From Gemmatimonadota bacterium (lineage in GTDB: Bacteria; Gemmatimonadota; Gemmatimonadetes; Gemmatimonadales; GWC2-71-9): 64,000 bases of DNA. The notes under the pieces are model-generated. The model worked only from the letters and a program-made list of their open reading frames with translations. It had not been told where the DNA came from and did not search any database. The stretch covers positions 1 through 64,000 of the forward strand of contig JAZDCZ010000324.1 of assembly GCA_036679605.1 (NCBI GenBank). Reading direction: 5' to 3'. Below, one piece after another: positions 56,770 to 64,000 of this stretch (position 1 is the stretch's first letter; every line of letters begins with the position of its first letter). Position numbers and translations under genes: made by a program.

Positions 56770-56815
56770 CTTGGCGGATAGGCGATCGAACAACCATTTA
56801 CGGAAGGACCTGTTG

Positions 56816-59800
56816 ATGTGTAAGCTCACTTGCAAAGTGGGATTCGTCCTGCTGGTTGCATTCACGTTTCCCTTTGGTGCTGAGGCCACCGCCCAGGTAC
56901 TGAACCGCGACAACATTGCAGGGGCAGTGGCGGGTCTCAAATTGAGAGGTATTGGGCCCGCGGTGATGGGCGGGCGCATTGCGGACGTTGCAGTGGACTC
57001 CCACAGAAAATCCACGTGGTACGTGGCCGCAGCGTCCGGTGGTGTCTGGAAGACCACCAACGCCGGAATCACGTGGAAGCAGGTGTTCGGCAATCAACCG
57101 TCTTACTCAATCGGTACCGTCGCGCTCGATCCCAACAATCCCGCAGTGGTTTGGGTGGGCACAGGCGAGAACGTGAGCGGCCGGCACGTGGGTTGGGGTG
57201 ACGGTGTGTACAAGAGTTTGGACGGCGGCGCGTCGTGGCGCCGCATGGGGCTCGAGACATCGCAGCACATCGGAAAGATCCTCATCGATCCACGCGAAGG
57301 GAACGTCGTTTTGGTTGCAGCCGAGGGCCCGCTCTGGTCATCGAGTGGAGAGCGCGGTGTTTACAGGAGTACTGATGGTGGCAACACGTGGAGGGCGGTG
57401 CTCGAGATCGATGAGAATACAGGTGTAACGGATATCGAGTTCGATCCCTCCAACCCGGACGTAGTATACGCGGCTGCGTATCAACGTAGGCGGCGCATCT
57501 GGTCGTTGCTGGGCGGCGGTCCCGGCTCGGGGATCTACAAGTCGACAGATGGGGGCGAGAGTTGGCGCAAGATCACGAAGGGTCTTCCCAAGAGCGAAAT
57601 GGGCAAGATCGGTCTCGCGGTTACGCCGGCCGATCCTGCTCTAGTGTATGCAACGATCCAGGCGAGCGACGAGGAGCGCGGCTTCTACCGCTCGCGCGAC
57701 AATGGCGAGAGCTGGGAGCGGAGGAACTCGTACATCTCTGGCGGTACGGGTCCCCACTACTACCAGGAGATCGAGGCGTCGCCCACGAACCCCGACCTCG
57801 TATATCAGATGGACGTGTTTCTTCACGTGACGCGCGACGGTGGTGCAAACTTCGACTACCTGGGGACGGGCAGTGAGAAGCACAGCGACAATCACGCGCT
57901 GTGGATCGATCCCGCGAACGGCGATCACATGATCGCGAGCACCGACGCCGGTCTGTACGATACGTTCGACGAGGGCACGACCTGGCGTCACTTTCCCAAC
58001 CTGCCGGTCTCCCAATTCTACAAGCTCGCGCTCAGTAACGCCGAGCCGTTCTACGACATACTGGGCGGAGCGCAGGATCTGGGAACGCTGTTCGGGCCTG
58101 CGCGCACCGCGAACGTGGAAGGTGTGCGCAACCGCGATTGGTACGCGCCCATGGGTGCAGACGGATACAGCGTGGCGATCGATCCCACAGATCCCAACAC
58201 GCTCTACCTGGAAACGCAGGTGGGTAATCTGTACCGCTACGACCGCGCGAGTGAAGAGGCGCTGGGTATCCAGCCTCAGTCTGAGCCGGGCGATCCACCC
58301 GAGCGCTGGAACTGGGATTCACCGATCGTCATAAGCCCGCACGCATCCAACCGTCTCTACTTCGGTTCGCAACGACTGTGGCGTAGTGACGATCGCGGCA
58401 ACTCGTGGACGCCCGTTAGCGGAGATCTCACGCGTAACCGCAACCGTTACGAGCTGGAACTCATGGGACGCGTGTGGAGTGTGGATGCTCTGTACGAAAA
58501 CTCAGCCATGTCGCAGTACGCGACCATAACCACGATCTCCGAGTCTCCTGTAGCGGAAGGCTTATTGTATGTGGGGACCGACGACGGCTTGATCCAGGTG
58601 AGTGAAGACGGCGGGGAGAATTGGAGAGCGGCTGACGATCTTCCCGGCGTACCCGAGCTGTCGTTCATCAATAGGGTCGTGGCCTCGCAGAACGATGCCG
58701 CTACTGTGTTTGCCGTTGCCGACGCTCACAAGACGGGCGATTTCAGTCCCTACCTGTTCCAGAGCAGGGATCGCGGTGGCAGTTGGCGCTCGATCAGTGG
58801 TGACCTTCCGGCCGGTACCATCGTGTGGGCGGTGCAGCAGGACCATGTCGATCCCGATCTGCTGTTCGTAGGTACCGAGTTCGGCCTCTACTTCACGCCG
58901 AACATGGGAACCAACTGGTTCAAGTTGAGTGGTGGTGTGCCGACCATCGCGTTCCGCGACATCAAACTCCAGAGGAGAGATCAAGATCTAGTGGGCGCCA
59001 CGTTCGGCAGAGGGTTCTACGTGCTGGACGATTACTCGCCGCTCAGGGAGATCGCCGCGGGTGCGTTACAAGCGACCACGCTGTTCCCCGTACGGGACGC
59101 GTGGTGGTACGTGCCATACGTTCCCATGCAGGCTCGCGGTAAGCCCACGCTCGGGAGCACCGATTACACCGCACCCAACCCGCCGTTCGGGGCGACGTTC
59201 ACCTATTACCTGGCGGACAGCACCGTGACCGAACGCGATGCGCGTCGTGCGACCGAGCGTGCGCTCAGCGAGCGAGGCGAAGACGTGCCGTTTCCCGGGT
59301 TCGATGTGCTGCGGCAGGAAGTGATGGAGAGTGCGCCGCGCGTTTTGTTGATGGTGAAAGATACTGACGGTGCGCCCGTGCGGTGGGTCGAAGGGTCTGC
59401 CAAGCAGGGACTTCACAGGGTCAGTTGGGACTTGCGGAGGCCGCCGCCCGACCCGACTAACCTCGATCAGCAGGACTTCACTCCACCGTGGGTGTCGCCG
59501 CCGCAGGGTGCACTCGTTGCGCCGGGGAAGTATAGTGTCGAACTGGTACGTATCTCGAGTGCCGGTGTGGAACTGTTGGGCACGCCGCACGAATTTCAAG
59601 TGAAACCCGTGCCGACCACTGCTACCGGCACAGACTTCGTTGCCGTAGCCCAGTTTCAGCAGGAGACCGGCGAACTCATGCGGCGCGTGGCCGGGGCCGG
59701 GCGTGAGCTAGGGCGTGTGCGCACGCGTCTTCGGTTGATGCGGGCCGCGCTCGTGGAGACGCCGCGTGCCGATCCCGTGCTGTTTACGCGCATGGATCAG

Positions 59801-60103
59801 CTCGGCGCACGGCTCGACAGTCTACAGACTCGGCTCGGCGGCGACCGCGTGCGCCGCCAATTGAACGAGGCGACCGTACCGTCGATCCGTGGCCGAGTGG
59901 GCAGTGTGATCGGAGGACATTGGGACACTAGGCAGCTGCCCACCGCGACACAGCGAAGCAACATCGCGATCGCGCGCGAGGGTTTTGACAGACTACGCAC
60001 GGAGCTGTCGGCTCTGGTAGATACCGATTTGGCAAAGCTCGAGGCGGATCTAGCGGCGGCGGGGGCGCCGTGGACGCCGGGTCAGCGGCTGCCTGCGCGT
60101 TGA
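56816..60103 (+). CDS. Secreted VPS10/BNR-repeat glycosyl hydrolase-like protein
   Basis: Signal peptide, IGPAVMGGRI, many SxDGGxSW boxes, ATFGRGF. Confidence 0.9.
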   Translation: MCKLTCKVGFVLLVAFTFPFGAEATAQVLNRDNIAGAVAGLKLRGIGPAVMGGRIADVAVDSHRKSTWYVAAASGGVWKTTNAGITWKQVFGNQPSYSIGTVALDPNNPAVVWVGTGENVSGRHVGWGDGVYKSLDGGASWRRMGLETSQHIGKILIDPREGNVVLVAAEGPLWSSSGERGVYRSTDGGNTWRAVLEIDENTGVTDIEFDPSNPDVVYAAAYQRRRRIWSLLGGGPGSGIYKSTDGGESWRKITKGLPKSEMGKIGLAVTPADPALVYATIQASDEERGFYRSRDNGESWERRNSYISGGTGPHYYQEIEASPTNPDLVYQMDVFLHVTRDGGANFDYLGTGSEKHSDNHALWIDPANGDHMIASTDAGLYDTFDEGTTWRHFPNLPVSQFYKLALSNAEPFYDILGGAQDLGTLFGPARTANVEGVRNRDWYAPMGADGYSVAIDPTDPNTLYLETQVGNLYRYDRASEEALGIQPQSEPGDPPERWNWDSPIVISPHASNRLYFGSQRLWRSDDRGNSWTPVSGDLTRNRNRYELELMGRVWSVDALYENSAMSQYATITTISESPVAEGLLYVGTDDGLIQVSEDGGENWRAADDLPGVPELSFINRVVASQNDAATVFAVADAHKTGDFSPYLFQSRDRGGSWRSISGDLPAGTIVWAVQQDHVDPDLLFVGTEFGLYFTPNMGTNWFKLSGGVPTIAFRDIKLQRRDQDLVGATFGRGFYVLDDYSPLREIAAGALQATTLFPVRDAWWYVPYVPMQARGKPTLGSTDYTAPNPPFGATFTYYLADSTVTERDARRATERALSERGEDVPFPGFDVLRQEVMESAPRVLLMVKDTDGAPVRWVEGSAKQGLHRVSWDLRRPPPDPTNLDQQDFTPPWVSPPQGALVAPGKYSVELVRISSAGVELLGTPHEFQVKPVPTTATGTDFVAVAQFQQETGELMRRVAGAGRELGRVRTRLRLMRAALVETPRADPVLFTRMDQLGARLDSLQTRLGGDRVRRQLNEATVPSIRGRVGSVIGGHWDTRQLPTATQRSNIAIAREGFDRLRTELSALVDTDLAKLEADLAAAGAPWTPGQRLPAR

Positions 60104-60154
60104 GAGGGGGTCGGTGCAGGGAAAGCCCGGCATCACACTGTGAACCCGGGGTCG

Positions 60155-61225
60155 CTACTTCGCTTTCAACTCGGCCAGATACTCCCGGCACTCGATCTCC
60201 TCGAGTGTACGGGACTTGTCCGTCTGGATGACGAAGTCGCCCCACTTGCCGTCAGGGGCGGGCTCGAAGGTGTCGATGTCCTCCACTGGTCGCAGGACAA
60301 CGATCATACGCGAGGTGCCGGGTCGGTAGGTCTCGAGGTGCTCCGGCGTGCCGGTACCGCGCGCAACGTGGAAACCGCCGACCATGTGCAATACGATGGC
60401 GTCCGGCTTCTGCTCCAGGTACTCTGAGATCCAGTACGCCATCGTCGCGTCCCACAACACCTGGCTGTGGAGCTGATTTCCCATGTTGTCGTGTGATCCG
60501 ACGGGGGCCCGGGCCTGCACCGCCTCTTCACCTTCCTCGGGCTCAGGGATCGGCAGGCCGCACTTCATGCCCTCTTCCTGCATCACTTGGGAGATGACCT
60601 GGATCCACTGGTCGCGGTATTCCTTGGAGGGTTGTCCATAGGGCAGGGGTGCCAAGCTTGCCAGGGCCTCGGCACTTAGGTCGTAGAGTGACTCGCGCCC
60701 GTTCCTCGTCACCCGGGTCGTGTACCTCCGCGGTGCGTTCGCCGCGATCACTGCCAACCCGTTCTCCTTCGAGAACTTGATCAGGGAGCGGTAGTCAGTC
60801 TCGTATCGGGGCCAGGGCCGACTGTCGTTTCGAAACGACTTCTCGGTGATCAGGCCGGCTAGATATTCGTCGACGATAGGCTGCACGTCATGTTGAAAGA
60901 ACTCGAGCGATAGCGCCACTGTGCGTGGGGCGCTGTTGTTCGACTCCCGGTGCCCGTAGGCCTCGTACGCCCGCTTGAGCAGCTCTGCCTCGAGCATGTG
61001 GCCGGTCGGGTCGTCATGGGTCTCGCCGACGAACACGACCTGGTGCCGTCCCATCTCGGCGACGATGTCATCGATCGAGGCAGGCTCGCCTGCCCCAGTA
61101 AACACGCGGTATTCGCCCGCAACGTACGCGCTGTCTCCCAATCTCGGGGAAGAGTCCTGCGCGCGCGCCGGCGTGGCGATCAGGACAACGAGCGGCAGGG
61201 CCGCAAGAATCATTTTTCTATCCAT
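60155..61225 (-). CDS. ChaN family (heme-binding uptake-like) protein
   Basis: VFVGETHD, LSLEFF, IAANAPR, QVLWDATMA, GGFH. Confidence 0.85.
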   Translation of the reverse strand: MDRKMILAALPLVVLIATPARAQDSSPRLGDSAYVAGEYRVFTGAGEPASIDDIVAEMGRHQVVFVGETHDDPTGHMLEAELLKRAYEAYGHRESNNSAPRTVALSLEFFQHDVQPIVDEYLAGLITEKSFRNDSRPWPRYETDYRSLIKFSKENGLAVIAANAPRRYTTRVTRNGRESLYDLSAEALASLAPLPYGQPSKEYRDQWIQVISQVMQEEGMKCGLPIPEPEEGEEAVQARAPVGSHDNMGNQLHSQVLWDATMAYWISEYLEQKPDAIVLHMVGGFHVARGTGTPEHLETYRPGTSRMIVVLRPVEDIDTFEPAPDGKWGDFVIQTDKSRTLEEIECREYLAELKAK

Positions 61226-61290
61226 GGTATTGATGATATAACGGTGAGAGGCCCGCGGGGAGTCTCGATCCAAACTATCGAGACGATTCA

Positions 61291-62199
61291 CTACGGCAAC
61301 TCCGTCAACCAACGCTGTGCCGCGGGATGCAGTGGAATAGGCGCGCGACCGAGCGCAGTGAGATCGATTTGCCGGGCAATGGCGTTCACCTGGATCAAGT
61401 GATCGCGCCGATCACGCAAGATGTCCAATAGATGCTGCACCACCTCGTCCTCCAATCGCTCGGGCCCCACGATCCAATTCATTACAGCAACTGTTGGGAT
61501 GTCGGTATCGACGCCGCGATAACTTCCCGCCGGAATTGTCCCCGCCATGTAGTACGGATAACGCGCGGCCAATAATCCAACGTGGGAAGAGTCGACAGGC
61601 AGCAGCCGTGCACGGGCGGTTGTGGTGGCCTCGAGTACGGCCGACGCGGGATAACCGACCGATATAATTGCTGCGTCGATCGCGCCGTCGCGCAACGCAT
61701 CGGCAGATTCGCGGAACGATAGGTAACGCACGTCGATGTCGCCGTAAGCGATTCCGTACGCTTCCAGCGCCTGCCGTGATAGCTGCTCGGTGCCGCTGCC
61801 GGCGGAACCAACCGACACTTTGCGCCCGCGTAGGTCACCTGGCGATTGCGCAGTCGAGTTGCGCGGCACGAGTATGTGCGTAACGTTGGGATACAGCGGC
61901 GCCAAGATCCTCAAGTCTCCGCCGTCGTAGCCCTGGTACACTGCGGTAGCCATCGCGAAGCCCAGGTCCATCTCACCGTTCTTGATCCGGTTCACGTTCT
62001 CTACCGACCCCCCGGTAACCTCAGCGGTGTAGCGATGTGTGGAATCGGCAGTCGACATGAGATTTGCGAGTGCGCCGCCTAGCGGATAATAGATTCCGCC
62101 GGTGCCGCCCGTACCGATGCTCAAGAACGAACCGGAACCACCCCCCGCGGAACAACCAGCAAGCACGCAAACCACTGCCAAGCAGAACTGTTTTCTCAA
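61291..62199 (-). CDS. TAXI family TRAP solute-binding lipoprotein
   Basis: LAGC lipobox, IGTGGTGGIYYPLG, TGGSVEN, GSAGSGT, IPLHP; TTG start at 62199. Confidence 0.92.
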   Translation of the reverse strand: MRKQFCLAVVCVLAGCSAGGGSGSFLSIGTGGTGGIYYPLGGALANLMSTADSTHRYTAEVTGGSVENVNRIKNGEMDLGFAMATAVYQGYDGGDLRILAPLYPNVTHILVPRNSTAQSPGDLRGRKVSVGSAGSGTEQLSRQALEAYGIAYGDIDVRYLSFRESADALRDGAIDAAIISVGYPASAVLEATTTARARLLPVDSSHVGLLAARYPYYMAGTIPAGSYRGVDTDIPTVAVMNWIVGPERLEDEVVQHLLDILRDRRDHLIQVNAIARQIDLTALGRAPIPLHPAAQRWLTELP

Positions 62200-64000
62200 C
62201 TCTTCCTCACAATAATGATTGAACCCACTGCCCCGGCCGCAACGTTGCTCAACATTCCGGGCAACATCAATGTCACCCCAACGGCCAGTAGCGCCAGCCG
62301 CTCCCACAGCATGAGCGTCCGGCGTCCGTAACCTATTGTTCCTGCAGCGAGTGCTGTAACTCCCAGTGCTGCAGTGGCTGCGGCACCCAGCACTTGGAGG
62401 AACGATCCGTTCAACAATAGGGGCGGTCCGTAAACGAATGCGAACGGTACGGCGAAACCTCCTGCCGCCAATGCGACTGCGGCCACGGCGGTCTTGATGG
62501 GCGGCGCATCGGCGATACCGGCGGCAGCGTAGGCCGCCAAGGCAACGGGAGGAGTTACGTTGGACAGCGCACCGAAGTAAAAGATGAAAAGATGTGCGGC
62601 CAAGAGAGGCACGCCGAGTTGCGTGAGCGCAGGTGCACCCAATGCTGCCAACACGACGTAGGCAGCGGTGGTGGGCAGACCCATACCGAGTAACACAGAT
62701 CCCATAGCGGTGAGAAGCAATGCAACGGGGAGGTGTCCACCAGAGAGCGTGACGATCACCTGCGACATGCGTAACCCGATGCCGGTCAACGACGCCACGC
62801 CAACCACGATGCCTGCTGCGGCGCACGCCGCCGCGACCTGAACGGTGCCGCTCGCCGCGGTCACGACTGCGGCACGAGTCTTGGACCAATCGAGTCGGGT
62901 GGATTTTGCAACCAGCGTCATCGCTGCAGCCGAGATGACTCCCCAGAACGCAGCGCGCATGGGAGAGCGACCCAGTCCCAAGAACAATACGATCACGGCG
63001 AGCGGGAGCAGCAAGTGAAGTCGCGAAAGTGTTGCGGTCGCCTCGGTAGGCGCTACCGCAACGTTCATCTTGCGGGCGCGCAGGTGAATCGCCATGAATA
63101 GCGCCACGTAGTAGAGTAGCGCGGGGATAGCAGCTGCAAGCGCGACCCGCGCGTAGGGGATGTTGGTCCAGGTCGCGAGGATGAACGCTCCGGCGCCCAT
63201 TACGGGCGGCATCAACTGTCCTCCGGTGCTGGCCGCAGCCTCGATGGCCGCTGCAAAGTGTGGTTTGAATCCCGTTCGCTTCATCACCGGAATTGTGATG
63301 GTGCCGGTCGTAACGACATTGGCTACTGCACTCCCTGACAGCGATCCCATGAGTGCACTGGCCACCGACGCGGTCTTGGCGGGTCCGCCGGCGCTGGACC
63401 CGGCGATCTTGGCCGACAGTCCTATCAGCAACTTGCCGCCGCCTGCTGCGTCGAGAACCGCGCCGAACAGCACGAAGAGATATACGAAGTCGGCGGAGAC
63501 ACCGAGTGGCACACCCCAAATACCTTCGGTGGAGAGATAGAGATGCTCGATGAGACGGCGGGCTCCATAGCCGCGGTGTGCAAGGAGCCCTGGGAGGTAC
63601 GGTCCAGCGAACGCGTAGCAGATCGCAAGCAGCGCAACGCTGAGGAGGCCCCACCCTGCCGTTCGCCGAGCGAGGTCCAGCGTCACGACCACGGCGAGCG
63701 TACCCATGAGGAGATCCAATGGCGTGGACGCTCCCGACCTGCGGACCAGTTCACCGTGCTCGATCACGATATAGCACGCAGCTACGAGTGCGGCGGCAAT
63801 AAAAAGTGTGGAGATTGCCGTCGACAGACCATCGAAGGTCCGGCGCCGGCGAACGCCCACACCGAGGTAGGCGAGAACGGCCATGAGCGCCCAGTGCACC
63901 GGCCGCTGTACCAACGCCGTGAATGGAGAGATGCCGGCGGCATACAGATGGAATACCGCCGCTGCCAGCGCTACGGCAGTAACCAGTGCACGGATCCGAT
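62196..64000 (-). CDS. TRAP transporter fused permease (TAXI-type), 5' end outside the window
   Basis: GGPAK, SGSAVANV, ASTGGQLMPPVMGA, GMGLPTTAAY, TPPVALAAY; frame stays open to the window edge. Confidence 0.92.
   Translation of the reverse strand, partial: RIRALVTAVALAAAVFHLYAAGISPFTALVQRPVHWALMAVLAYLGVGVRRRRTFDGLSTAISTLFIAAALVAACYIVIEHGELVRRSGASTPLDLLMGTLAVVVTLDLARRTAGWGLLSVALLAICYAFAGPYLPGLLAHRGYGARRLIEHLYLSTEGIWGVPLGVSADFVYLFVLFGAVLDAAGGGKLLIGLSAKIAGSSAGGPAKTASVASALMGSLSGSAVANVVTTGTITIPVMKRTGFKPHFAAAIEAAASTGGQLMPPVMGAGAFILATWTNIPYARVALAAAIPALLYYVALFMAIHLRARKMNVAVAPTEATATLSRLHLLLPLAVIVLFLGLGRSPMRAAFWGVISAAAMTLVAKSTRLDWSKTRAAVVTAASGTVQVAAACAAAGIVVGVASLTGIGLRMSQVIVTLSGGHLPVALLLTAMGSVLLGMGLPTTAAYVVLAALGAPALTQLGVPLLAAHLFIFYFGALSNVTPPVALAAYAAAGIADAPPIKTAVAAVALAAGGFAVPFAFVYGPPLLLNGSFLQVLGAAATAALGVTALAAGTIGYGRRTLMLWERLALLAVGVTLMLPGMLSNVAAGAVGSIIIVRKS

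Noticed and set aside
62200..63654. 787-aa TAXI fusion protein
   Set aside because: The N-terminal part is an Arg-rich alternative frame over the permease. The lipoprotein signal starts at 62199.

Overview
GC-rich bacterial chromosome segment. Gemmatimonadota is my inference, based on the ERLKTALADRY..GAGGMATVYLAEDLKH kinase fragment and the gene inventory; it is not database-confirmed. A housekeeping core (about 8.3-31.8 kb) carries an S9 peptidase, a DAACS symporter, a FabL-like SDR, an MntR/multicopper-oxidase/ZIP operon, nadE, mlaEFD, rnz, tRNA-Ala and tRNA-Gln. Downstream of the tRNAs is an island of small ORFs, followed by metal-related genes (a RAPP-motif leader with an outer-membrane protein, a TonB receptor, feoB and a Zn-finger feoA). 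The main structure the ORF track does not show is two integron-type cassette arrays. The right array (51.3-55.0 kb) has well-formed attC sites and starts just behind a 32-codon relic of an integron integrase C-terminus, which is co-oriented with the cassettes and has lost its catalytic Tyr. The left array (1.2-8.2 kb) is more decayed and its attC sites have been hit by mobile elements: a frameshifted IS110-family element abuts one attC, a non-IIC group II intron sits inside another, and one cassette is present twice. The same IS1111-like right-end remnant interrupts attC sites exactly 2 nt after the R'' box at three places across both arrays. All calls come from reading the sequence by eye; no searches were run.
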